This document shows, in pieces, positions 41,059 through 50,620 of a stretch of DNA of 64,000 nucleotides. This stretch comes from a bacterium (GTDB lineage: Bacteria > UBA8248), in NCBI GenBank assembly GCA_965202625.1, contig CBDBBI010000010.1:1376001-1440000 (forward strand), in the 5' to 3' direction. The notes beneath the pieces are model-generated. The model was given only the letters and a program-made list of their open reading frames with translations. It searched no databases and was not told the DNA's origin. Position numbers and translations under genes: made by a program. Within the stretch, counting starts at the first letter, position 1, and each line of letters begins with the position of its first letter.

Positions 41059-42980
41059 TTTAGCCTACCCACGTTTTTCTCATAAAGGGCGTGGTAAGCC
41101 GCTATTTTCCCGTCAGTCAACCGCGCGTCACCGGCAAGATGGGCGGCCACAGCCTCTTTCAGCCTGTTCTCCATTTCATTGAGAATGGGCAGACTCCCCT
41201 TGTCCTGAACGTCCCACTTGTGGGCTTGCACCTCACGCACAACGGTTTTCAACAAGATGGTGAGCAACTCCCTTTTCTTTCTCTGCTTCAAGCGCTCATA
41301 CGTGGAGAGGAAAAATTGAAACTCCTCCAGTTCCGCCTCCAACGTGTGCAACGTATCTTCGATACCCTGAACGCCATCCCCTACGGCTTCGACATACGCC
41401 GTCAGGTCATCAATATCCTTTGGACTTAAACCCAGCTCGAATTTCTCGTTGAACCATTCATTCACCGCTCTCAAGGTGGGTAGGCTCCCATCGTGAAAAT
41501 AAGGTGCCGTGAATCTGGATGAGAGCAGGGTGGGCGTGTCCAGTCCCCCTACGTGGAAGAGGAGCCGTCCTCCCGTAGAACCGATATCGTGTCGCTTATG
41601 ATCCACGAAATTCGCGTTTGGAACATGACAACTCGCGCAACTCGTTCCGCCCATCATCTGGGGGAATTTCCGGTGGAATATCTTCTCGCCCCGCAACGCC
41701 GCTCGAGAGACCTCTCTAGGGTCAAGCATTCCGCTTTTTTTCAGTTTCGGGTTCGGCAGGAACTCAAACTCGTTCATATAGGCGATCATCCCGTCTAGGA
41801 GCATCGGATCCGGCTCCGGCCCATTGAACTCATTCACGATAACGTTGCGCACGAATTCCCTGAGCGAACTAAAACGACCGTTCCTGCCGTAGGGTGCCGT
41901 AAAGCGAATCCCCCTGAGGTCTGGCGTGTCAAGCGGATCATGAAAACCGTTGTTGGCGTGGGCGGCGAAGAAACTGTTCGAGACGTCAATGCCGCCTTTT
42001 TTCCTCGAAAGTCCTGGAACGAACAGATTGGGGTTCGTCACCCCCTTGTTGTGACATGTGTTGCAACTGACCCCTAGGCTGCGCGCGGGCTCTCCGAATA
42101 TCTCCGGGCTGTCAAAGGCCATATCTCCCAAAGCGATGAGAAAAGTCTCCGCCTCGTTCACCCCACGCGCCGCCATTGCGAGAATTTGCCTGGGACGCGG
42201 GAGTTGTTTGTTGATGTCGGCACCCGGCGGCAGGCGTCGCGGCACTTTCGCCGTTTTGAGATATGTCTCGCTCGCCTTGGGCCGGGGGAGAAGCCTCTGT
42301 CGTTCTCCGGTCCGAAAGGTAGAGAAATTCGAGTGGAAATACTGACGGATGAAAGAAAGGCTCTCCCGAATTCGCTTCAAGTTCATCGGCCTCGCGCCAA
42401 CGCCCATCACGCCGGCCGCTCCGAGGCCGGAGCTCGCCTCCAGCCAATGGATTTGCATATTTCGCCACGCCTTTGGATCCAGATGCGGCAAGGTCTCGGC
42501 AAACGCCTGAAAGATTCTTCGCGCCTCATTTAGATGACTTCTCACGTCGGTTCTCTCGGAGCTCGTCTTGACACGATCGATGTGGATAACGAGCAACGAA
42601 GAAACGCCTCGCGTCGCAAGGGAGAAAGTCAAATGTCTCCCTTTTTCTCGCGCGGCTACCATGTCTGGCGCCTCATCCCGCCTCGCCTCCGGCTGGGCGG
42701 CGCGCTTCGCCGCCATCAACTCCTTTGAAAACTTCCTGCCGATCAGCGGGTTCACGCGCTTGAGGGATTGTTCGATGCGTCTCATGTCGGACCAGACTTG
42801 GGGCCAGAGGACAGGGTTCAAATTCAGGACGAAACTGGCGCGACGATAGCTCTCGGCGACAGGATGCAATTCCTCGGGTGGGACGATATGGGCCGAGGCG
42901 GCACCGAAACCCATCACAAGAATGACGGCGGCCAGAAGCCACGACAACATCGTTGAAGAGTTGTCCCCACCCGGACGCAT
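41055..42980 (-). CDS. Secreted di-heme cytochrome c, bCcP/MauG superfamily, with large N-terminal helical extension
   Basis: Signal peptide ending AASA-H; CNTCH and CASCH; DTP.L..RFTAPY repeats; APYFHDG; ATGA overlap with phnD; start uncertain (42950/42980/43046). Confidence 0.85.
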   Translation of the reverse strand: MRPGGDNSSTMLSWLLAAVILVMGFGAASAHIVPPEELHPVAESYRRASFVLNLNPVLWPQVWSDMRRIEQSLKRVNPLIGRKFSKELMAAKRAAQPEARRDEAPDMVAAREKGRHLTFSLATRGVSSLLVIHIDRVKTSSERTDVRSHLNEARRIFQAFAETLPHLDPKAWRNMQIHWLEASSGLGAAGVMGVGARPMNLKRIRESLSFIRQYFHSNFSTFRTGERQRLLPRPKASETYLKTAKVPRRLPPGADINKQLPRPRQILAMAARGVNEAETFLIALGDMAFDSPEIFGEPARSLGVSCNTCHNKGVTNPNLFVPGLSRKKGGIDVSNSFFAAHANNGFHDPLDTPDLRGIRFTAPYGRNGRFSSLREFVRNVIVNEFNGPEPDPMLLDGMIAYMNEFEFLPNPKLKKSGMLDPREVSRAALRGEKIFHRKFPQMMGGTSCASCHVPNANFVDHKRHDIGSTGGRLLFHVGGLDTPTLLSSRFTAPYFHDGSLPTLRAVNEWFNEKFELGLSPKDIDDLTAYVEAVGDGVQGIEDTLHTLEAELEEFQFFLSTYERLKQRKKRELLTILLKTVVREVQAHKWDVQDKGSLPILNEMENRLKEAVAAHLAGDARLTDGKIAAYHALYEKNVGRLK

Positions 42981-43245
42981 ATTGACCACGGGAGCCTTGA
43001 CGCCGCATCCCATATTTTCATATCTCCCCATCTGATCAACGCACAATGCGCTAGGTCAGAAAATCCTAACGCATTCCCAAAAATAAAATCAACTGACAAC
43101 ATTCTATATTTTTAGACATACTTAAATTTCAGAAAACATATTCGCTCTGTTATATTTAAGGAAACGAGGCTAAAATTTTTCTCTTTTCGATGTGTGGGCT
43201 AGAACAGAGACAAAGAAAAGCAAGAGATTGTTGCGTGATAAACAA

Positions 43246-43263
43246 TAATGTGAGTGATTCTGA
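43246..43263. promoter_or_regulatory. Fur-box-like element upstream of the cytochrome-phn operon
   Basis: TAATGTGAGTGATTCTGA resembles TAATGAGAATGATTCTCA (15/18 by eye), in an AT-rich intergenic region. Confidence 0.35.
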
Positions 43264-43310
43264 CCAAGGGTGGCGAATCCGAAAATTCTCTGCCATATGA
43301 ATCCCGACGC

Positions 43311-43344
43311 AAAAAGCCGCTCCTTTTTCCAGGAGCGGCTTTTT
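43311..43344. terminator. Intrinsic (bidirectional-type) terminator after glnK
   Basis: AAAAAGCCGCTCC-N8-GGAGCGGCTTTTT perfect inverted repeat. Confidence 0.88.
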
Positions 43345-43377
43345 GAAAACTTGACGTTCTCTCGGGGAGCAGCCGGT

Positions 43378-43719
<342 letters not shown>

Positions 43720-43777
43720 TTATTCCCCTCAAGATAGATGACAACAGATGGACGCATTCCGCATTCACCCGCTCTCC

Positions 43778-45169
43778 TTAAAGCAGTCTCTCGCCCGCGT
43801 AGGCCTCCATCCCGTGCTCGGAGAGGTCTAGACCCGCCAACTCCTCCTCGGCGGAAACACGCACGCCTATGATCGCCTTCACTCCAAACCAAAGGATGAG
43901 AGACAAGAAGAAGGTGAACGCGCCGACTGCGATGACGCCCGTAAGCTGCTTGATGAAAAGTCCCGCGCCGCCGCCATAGAACAAGCCCACGACGCCTTCG
44001 TCAATTGATGGCGCGGCGAGTAAGCCGAGCGCAAGGGTGCCGAAGATGCCGCATACCAAGTGAACCGAAACGGCGCCAACCGGATCGTCTATCTTGATCC
44101 TATCGAGAAAGGGGATCGAGACGCAGACGATGACGCCCGCAGCCAGACCGATGATCACCGCTCCCATAGGCGTGACGTTGGCGCATGGCGCCGTGATGGC
44201 GACCAAGCCCGCGAGCGCGCCGTTCACGCTCATGGAAAGGTCCGCCTTGCCGAACATGGCGCGCGACGTGATGCTCGATGCCACGACGCCTGCCGCGGCG
44301 GCGAGGTTCGTCGTCACGGCAATGCGCGCGATAGCCCCCGCGTCAGCGGCCATCGTGCTGCCTGGGTTAAAACCGAACCATCCAAGCCATAAAATGAATC
44401 CACCCAACGTGACAAGCGGCATATTATGGCCCGGAATCGGCTGCATCCGTCCATCAGCCCCATATTTTCCGATCCGAGGGCCCAGAACGATGATTCCGGC
44501 CAACCCCGCCCAGCCGCCCACGGAGTGGACCACGGTCGAGCCTGCGAAATCGAGAAAACCCATGCCGCCCAACCAGCCGCCGCCCCAAATCCAGTGGCCT
44601 TGGACGGGATAGATGATGGCGACGAGCGCGAAGCTGAAGATCATGAACGAGGAGAACTTGATACGCTCGGCTACGCAGCCTGAAACGATGGTCGCCGCCG
44701 TCGCCGCGAATACGAGCTGGAAGAAAAACTTTGCGTATAGCGGCACGCCCGTCCAGTTGAGTGACGAAAAAACGCCTTTGTAGAGATCGTCCGTGGCCGG
44801 GCTATTGTCCGCCCCCGACAGGAAAAAGCCGTTCGTTCCGAGTATCGAGCTGCCATCACCAAACATGAGGGCGAAACCCAATATCCAGAACGCCAAGGAC
44901 GAGACGGCGAGGACGCCAAAATTCTTATAGAGAATCGCGACGGTGTTCTTCGCCCGGCAAAGCCCAGATTCCAGCATGGCGAAGCCCGCGTGCATCCAAA
45001 AAACCAAAAAACCGGCCATCATCACCCACATGGTGTCCGCCGCGACTTTGAGCTCAGCGAGGCTCTTGGACATGGCTTTGAGGTCCTGTGCCCAGCCGCT
45101 GGCGGCGAAAGACAAAACGCCCACGGCGAAAACCAGCGCCGTCGTCATATGAAGATTCTTTCTTCTCAT
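43778..45169 (-). CDS. amtB: Ammonium transporter
   Basis: DFAGSTVVH, WFGFN, DDPVGAVSVH; RBS GAGGAAGG before ATG 45169. Confidence 0.95.
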   Translation of the reverse strand: MRRKNLHMTTALVFAVGVLSFAASGWAQDLKAMSKSLAELKVAADTMWVMMAGFLVFWMHAGFAMLESGLCRAKNTVAILYKNFGVLAVSSLAFWILGFALMFGDGSSILGTNGFFLSGADNSPATDDLYKGVFSSLNWTGVPLYAKFFFQLVFAATAATIVSGCVAERIKFSSFMIFSFALVAIIYPVQGHWIWGGGWLGGMGFLDFAGSTVVHSVGGWAGLAGIIVLGPRIGKYGADGRMQPIPGHNMPLVTLGGFILWLGWFGFNPGSTMAADAGAIARIAVTTNLAAAAGVVASSITSRAMFGKADLSMSVNGALAGLVAITAPCANVTPMGAVIIGLAAGVIVCVSIPFLDRIKIDDPVGAVSVHLVCGIFGTLALGLLAAPSIDEGVVGLFYGGGAGLFIKQLTGVIAVGAFTFFLSLILWFGVKAIIGVRVSAEEELAGLDLSEHGMEAYAGERLL

Positions 45170-45411
45170 GTTCCTTCCTCCAATACAGTTTAGATTGTCG
45201 CCAGAACTTGCGCTGAGCGCACCACCGCGAAAATTTCTTCTCATTTGTATTGGAGAAATATTTCAGCCTCGTTTCCTTCGTATTACCCAAAAGTTAATAA
45301 TATCCATCCAAAATGCCCGCGGCCTATCGGTTTGACAGGCCATGTAGGGCGTGTTAGCAATTTCGGAAACTCGACAAAATTTCTCTCACCAGAACCGTTC
45401 AAGGAGAAAGG

Positions 45412-45897
45412 ATGCCGCGAAAACAAAAACCCAAAATTCCCGCAAACGCCTTAAAGCGCGGCGCACAACTGTGGACCAAGGAATTCACCGAGCGCATCGG
45501 CCATGACATGGCCGAATGGGCAGGCGAGGAATTCATGGAGCTGTTCATGAATTTCTGCTACGGCGGGCTTTATGACCGAAACGTCTTGTCCCAGAAAACC
45601 CGGGAGCTTTGCGCCGTGGCCGCCTGCGTCATGGCCAACGCGCATCCGCAGTTGCGCACCCATATTCAGGCCGCGTGGAACTGCGGAGCCACGAAGCGGG
45701 AGATCATGGAAGTCATCATCCAGATGGCCACCTATTGCGGTATGCCTTATATGCTGCAAGCAGCCCGAGTCGCCGCAAACGACGTTTTTCCCTCACTCAA
45801 GCGTGGTCAAAAGGCCGCCGTCCCGCCACCGGGGCTGAATCTGGAAAAAACGCCCTCTCCAACCACCAAACGCCGGACGGCTCGCAAGGCCGAATAA
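45412..45897 (+). CDS. Carboxymuconolactone decarboxylase/AhpD family protein
   Basis: LSQKTRELCAVAA, QLRTHIQAA..GAT..EI.EV...A.YCG.P. Confidence 0.85.
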   Translation: MPRKQKPKIPANALKRGAQLWTKEFTERIGHDMAEWAGEEFMELFMNFCYGGLYDRNVLSQKTRELCAVAACVMANAHPQLRTHIQAAWNCGATKREIMEVIIQMATYCGMPYMLQAARVAANDVFPSLKRGQKAAVPPPGLNLEKTPSPTTKRRTARKAE

Positions 45898-45924
45898 AAT
45901 CAAATCCAGGAGGAGTCCTCTAAA

Positions 45925-46701
45925 ATGGCTCGCAGGTTTGTCGATTTGAGCGTTCCCCTACAAAACGCGCCGATGGAAAACAATCCAGCCGTCATTCAAT
46001 ATGTAGACCATGTCGAGTTGGGGCGTGCGCGAACCAAATCATACAAGTTTCCAGACACCAGCTACTTTCCAGACAACATGCACTGCGCGACTGAACACAT
46101 CACCTCCGTCAGCACGCACAGCGGCACACACCTCGACTCCCCCTACCACTATGGTCCTGAATGCGAAGGAAAACCCTCGAAAACCATTGACCTCGTTCCC
46201 CTTGAGTGGTGCATGAGCGATGGTGTCGTCCTGGACTTTCATGACGTCGAGCGCGGGCACAACATCACGGTGGAGGAAACGCGGCGGAAAGTGGCAGCCC
46301 TTGAGGAGAAAAGCTATTCGCTCAAGCCCATGGACATCGTCCTCATCCGCACCGACCACACCACCAAATACCTGTATTCTCCCCACTTTGAACAAACCCA
46401 TCCCGGCATGAGCGCGGACGCCACAGAATGGCTAGTGGACCAGGGAATCAAGGTGATGGGGATAGACGCATGGGGCTTTGACATTCCCGTCTCCCAGATG
46501 ACGGAACTCAGACGTCAGGGAAACACGAAAGATTTTTTTGGCAGTCATTTCCTGGGCCGCAGGAAGGAGTATATTCACGCGGAAAAACTCACGAACCTCG
46601 ATAAAATTCCTGAATTCGGATTTACCGTCTCTATGCTCCCGGTCAAGATAGAGCGCGCGAGCGGCGCATGGTGCCGGGCGGTGGCCATCATTGACGATTA
46701 G
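45925..46701 (+). CDS. Cyclase/kynurenine formamidase-like metal hydrolase
   Basis: VDLS, HSGTHLDSP, PG, GID, H.EKL, RAVA. Confidence 0.9.
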   Translation: MARRFVDLSVPLQNAPMENNPAVIQYVDHVELGRARTKSYKFPDTSYFPDNMHCATEHITSVSTHSGTHLDSPYHYGPECEGKPSKTIDLVPLEWCMSDGVVLDFHDVERGHNITVEETRRKVAALEEKSYSLKPMDIVLIRTDHTTKYLYSPHFEQTHPGMSADATEWLVDQGIKVMGIDAWGFDIPVSQMTELRRQGNTKDFFGSHFLGRRKEYIHAEKLTNLDKIPEFGFTVSMLPVKIERASGAWCRAVAIIDD

Positions 46702-46828
46702 GGCTGGTCTCTGGCAATGAAGAGCGTCTCAGGCCCCAAGGCGATGATTTTCAGAAAAATATGTTAGTATCCTACCCCATGGAGCGAGGGTGCGGAGGTG
46801 CGGAAACGAAATCCAAAGGAGCGATTTG

Positions 46829-47026
46829 ATGGCCTTGCATGAGAGCACAGTGAACCAAAAAGTCCCGTCTGACAGGCTCATTCAACGAATCCAGGCCATC
46901 AAGCCTGCTATATTGGCAATCGCCCTCGGCGTATTCATCCTCTATGGCGTGGGCTTCGCTCAGCCACAGATTTTGCATGACGCCGCTCATGACGTCCGAC
47001 ACGCATTCGCCTTGCCCTGCCACTAA
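46829..47026 (+). CDS. cbtB: CbtB cobalt transporter small subunit
   Basis: One TM plus C-terminal HDAAHDVRHAFALPCH signature; AAGGAG RBS. Confidence 0.85.
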   Translation: MALHESTVNQKVPSDRLIQRIQAIKPAILAIALGVFILYGVGFAQPQILHDAAHDVRHAFALPCH

Positions 47027-47098
47027 CAGGCGAGCGCGACGCCTCGCCGAACCAGAGACGGCTCCTTTTACCTTAGGGCGCCGTTTTTGAGGAACCGG

Positions 47099-47467
47099 AT
47101 GCCCTTGGATAGAGTAGAGCATCGGCCTTGGGGATACTACACCGTGTTGGCTGATGAGCCAGACCACAAGGTCAAGCGGGTCGTCATTCATCCAGGGCAG
47201 CGTCTCAGCCTGCAGAGGCACACCCGCAGGAAGGAGCATTGGCACGCCATATCCGGCCAAGCCATCCTCACCCTGGAAGCGGAGGAGTTGTCGTTCTCCG
47301 CCGGTCAAAGTATCGACATTCCCGAAAGTGCCTGGCACCGGATTCAAAACGAAAAGGGCGCGCCCTTCGTCTTTATTGAGGTGCAAACTGGTGCCTATTT
47401 CGGCGAAGATGACATTGAACGCCGAGAAGACGATTACGGGAGAATGCAAGGACACATCTATGGATAG
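47099..47467 (+). CDS. Stand-alone type II phosphomannose isomerase C-terminal cupin
   Basis: RPWG, LSLQRH..R.EHW, HRI.N, IEVQTG.YFGEDDIER.EDDYGR. Confidence 0.9.
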   Translation: MPLDRVEHRPWGYYTVLADEPDHKVKRVVIHPGQRLSLQRHTRRKEHWHAISGQAILTLEAEELSFSAGQSIDIPESAWHRIQNEKGAPFVFIEVQTGAYFGEDDIERREDDYGRMQGHIYG

Positions 47468-47534
47468 CCGAGCAAGGAAACACGTCTTTTAGAATGGGAG
47501 TGCGTTCCACGTTCATCGCAAGGTGCATCAAAAT

Positions 47535-48734
47535 CTAGTCCTTGCGAAGCTGCTCCAGTGCGCCAGCCAAACGCTCCACCCCTCGCTCGCACTCTTCCGT
47601 AGAACAAGAGTAAGCGATTCTAAGATGCCCCTCTCCACCAAAAACGGTGCCGTTCACCGTGGCGATGGCGTGTTCATTGAGCAGATAACGCGCCACCTCG
47701 CCCGAGGTGTCACCAAAAGCGCCCACATTCGGGAACGCATAAAACGCACCCGTGGGCTCTGCGAGGGTGACGCCCTCTATGGCGCGCAACCCCTCTGATA
47801 TTACATGCCGCCGTTTGTCGAATTCATGGGTCATCGCCTCCATGGGGCCCTGATCTTCAAGCACGCCTAGCGCCGCGCCATGCTGGATGAACGTGTTGAC
47901 GCAAACGGTGGTGTATTGGCGAATCTTGAGTAGGTGGCGAGTAACCTCGGGGCTGGCCACCGTCCAGCCGAGACGCCAGCCATCCATGCTGTAGAACTTT
48001 GAAAACCCGTTGATGATCACCGTGCGCTCCGCCATGCCAGGTTGTGAGAAAATGCTCGGAGCACACGGCGCATCCCCATAATATATCCGCGCGTATATCT
48101 CATCACTGAGGACCATGAGATTGCGTCTCACCGCCAGCTCGGCGATTTTTTTGAGTTCATCCTCAGGAATCGTGCATCCCGTGGGATTGCCGGGTGAGGT
48201 GAGACAAACGAGTTTCGTCCTGGGCGTCAAAGTCGCCTCAATGTCCTCGGCACGCAACGCGAAATCGTTCTCTTCCTTCGTTTCCACCTCGACGGGCACG
48301 CCGCCCGCCAACGCCGTGCAGGACTTGTAATGATGCCAGTTTGGTCGCGCGACGATCACCTCATCACCAGGGTTGATCAAGGCCAGCATGGAAACCATGA
48401 TGCCCTCATTCGCCCCCGCCATGACGATCACCTGCGTATCGGGGTTCACCTCCACGTCGGTGTCGATCTCCGTCCTGTATGCAATGCCTTTGCGGAGTGC
48501 GGGAACCCCCGTACTGGGCGCGTAGTGCACGTCCCCTCGGGCGAGGGATTCGGCCGCCCCTTGCTTGATGTGCTCGGGCGTATCGAAATCCGTGCGACCG
48601 ATTTGCCAATGGATGACGTCACGCCCCTCGCCTTCGAGTTTCGCCACGGCGTCGAATACCTTGCGAATGCCCGAGAAGGGAATTTGCTCCAAACGATCCG
48701 CACCGGCGGCCTGGGCGTCAAAAGCAAAGCGCAT
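47535..48734 (-). CDS. Class I/II PLP aminotransferase
   Basis: PGNPTG, SDEIY, GFSKFYSMDGWRLG. Confidence 0.92.
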   Translation of the reverse strand: MRFAFDAQAAGADRLEQIPFSGIRKVFDAVAKLEGEGRDVIHWQIGRTDFDTPEHIKQGAAESLARGDVHYAPSTGVPALRKGIAYRTEIDTDVEVNPDTQVIVMAGANEGIMVSMLALINPGDEVIVARPNWHHYKSCTALAGGVPVEVETKEENDFALRAEDIEATLTPRTKLVCLTSPGNPTGCTIPEDELKKIAELAVRRNLMVLSDEIYARIYYGDAPCAPSIFSQPGMAERTVIINGFSKFYSMDGWRLGWTVASPEVTRHLLKIRQYTTVCVNTFIQHGAALGVLEDQGPMEAMTHEFDKRRHVISEGLRAIEGVTLAEPTGAFYAFPNVGAFGDTSGEVARYLLNEHAIATVNGTVFGGEGHLRIAYSCSTEECERGVERLAGALEQLRKD

Positions 48735-48887
48735 CTCAACGTCTCCTTCCAAGTAAATAGAACGAGAATAATTTCAAGAAAATACCGGCTTCAAACCACC
48801 GGAAAAAACGATAGAAATCGCCCATCAGAGCCCGGCAGGGGTCCCCATAGCAAAATGCCTCACGCAAATTCCAAACGCACACTCCAC

Positions 48888-49676
48888 CTAGAGCAACTCC
48901 CCTCGCACGACGCTCACGGCCTTGCCCCCTAAAACGATGCGATCCCCTAAAATTCTCAGGCGCACCACGCCGCCCCTCTCAGACGCCTGGTAGGCCGTGA
49001 ACTCTTCTTTTTCAAGACGCTCCGCCCAAAACGGGCCCAAGCAGCAGTGGGCAGAACCCGTCACTGGGTCTTCGTCCACGCCAAGGCCGGGCGCGAAGAA
49101 ACGAGAGACGAAATCATACACCGGGTCATCCGCGCGCGCCGTAACGATGCAGCCACGCATGGGAACCGTCTCAAGAAGGTGAAAATCAGGCGCCACCGCC
49201 TTAAGCGCGGCCTCAGAATCGGCTTCCACCAGATAATCAAGCTCATTTTTCCCCACATAGCGGGGTGTAAGTCCAAGGCCTTCCACCAAGCCCTCCGGAG
49301 GCGCGGCGGGCGCCTGCCGCAGGACTGGAAAATTCATCTCAATCCATCCCTCTTTTCGCTCACAGGTCAAAACTCCGCTCTTGGTGTGAAAGATAGCCGT
49401 CTCATCAACTCCAAGGTACCCCTCCTCCCAGAGAACATGGGCACTCGCAAGCGTCGCGTGGCCGCAAAGGTCCACCTCGCTCACGGGCGTGAACCAGCGC
49501 AGACCGTAGCCGTCTTCTTGCTTCACCAAAAACGCGGTTTCGGAAAGATTCATCTCCTCCGCAACGCGCCGCATCCATCCTGCATCCACTGAAGCAGGCA
49601 AGATGCAAACGGCAGCCGGATTGCCTGAGAAGGGCGCGTCAGTAAATGCGTCCACCTGAAGGATAGGAAACGACAT
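48888..49676 (-). CDS. PhzF family isomerase/epimerase
   Basis: QVDAF, GNPAAV, NLSETAF, EVDLCGHATLA, EDPVTGSAHC. Confidence 0.92.
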   Translation of the reverse strand: MSFPILQVDAFTDAPFSGNPAAVCILPASVDAGWMRRVAEEMNLSETAFLVKQEDGYGLRWFTPVSEVDLCGHATLASAHVLWEEGYLGVDETAIFHTKSGVLTCERKEGWIEMNFPVLRQAPAAPPEGLVEGLGLTPRYVGKNELDYLVEADSEAALKAVAPDFHLLETVPMRGCIVTARADDPVYDFVSRFFAPGLGVDEDPVTGSAHCCLGPFWAERLEKEEFTAYQASERGGVVRLRILGDRIVLGGKAVSVVRGELL

Positions 49677-49702
49677 AGAGTCTTCTCTCAAAAGAAAAGG
49701 GG

Positions 49703-50170
49703 TCAGATTCGTCTGACGACGTCGCCCGCCCGAATGACACCCTCGCCTAGAATCTGCGCATTCAGCCCCGAGCGGTTCAAAAGCACGTCAAACAATCCCT
49801 CTATTCCCAACAAATTCTCAAAATATCTGCAGGGCTCGTTCAAGCGAATCCCGCGCATCCTCACGTCGCCCACCCAAAAATCAGCTCCCACCAAATGATT
49901 GAGCGGAACGCCGCGCGTCACGATGTTTCTTCTGCTTTGGCCTGCGTCAAGATGGATGCGGTGATCTCGAGCGAGTGCCTCAATGGCTTCTATTTCGATG
50001 AGAGTGGCCTCGCGATCCGGCCCTCGCCGTTTCGAGTATGTTCCCACGCCCTCGGCATAGCGATCTCCCGCCAGCCCCGCCCCCTTGAGCGCTTGCGCCT
50101 CGACGATCTCCACCATGGGCTCACCCGCCACCGAAGCGATGTGAACCGAGACCACCTCACCCTCAAACAT
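49703..50170 (-). CDS. MOSC domain protein
   Basis: GLAGDRY, RRNIV, EPC, GVIRAGD. Confidence 0.85.
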   Translation of the reverse strand: MFEGEVVSVHIASVAGEPMVEIVEAQALKGAGLAGDRYAEGVGTYSKRRGPDREATLIEIEAIEALARDHRIHLDAGQSRRNIVTRGVPLNHLVGADFWVGDVRMRGIRLNEPCRYFENLLGIEGLFDVLLNRSGLNAQILGEGVIRAGDVVRRI

Positions 50171-50620
50171 CACAACTTCGTATGCGCCCGGATGCGCTCG
50201 ACCACTTTCGCCTCCGTGGGAAAAGCTCCTGAATCGAGTTTCGACCACAAGAGCGCACCGTCAAGAACCAGCTCGAAGGAGCCGAAGCGATATTGTCCGC
50301 TCTCGTTTCCAACGATTTCCAAATCCGGAAAATGTTTTTTCAAATCCTGAGCTAACTGCTCATACTGAGGTCTATAGTTTCATTTTTGGCAGTATTCAAC
50401 ATGAAGTTTCATCCATTCCCTCCTTAGGCAAGGAAGATAAGCGGGCGAACATCCCTATCATAGGAGAACTACGTCGTGAGGAGAAGGGAGGCAGGAACTA
50501 AATCCCAAGATTACGTTTTCCAGGCTTTGGCAAAAATTCGTCAAATCCGCACGCGGCTTGACTCATTCACCGAGGCAAGGGGAGAATTTCTCCGGTTTTC
50601 AAAAAAATCAAGGAGAAAAA

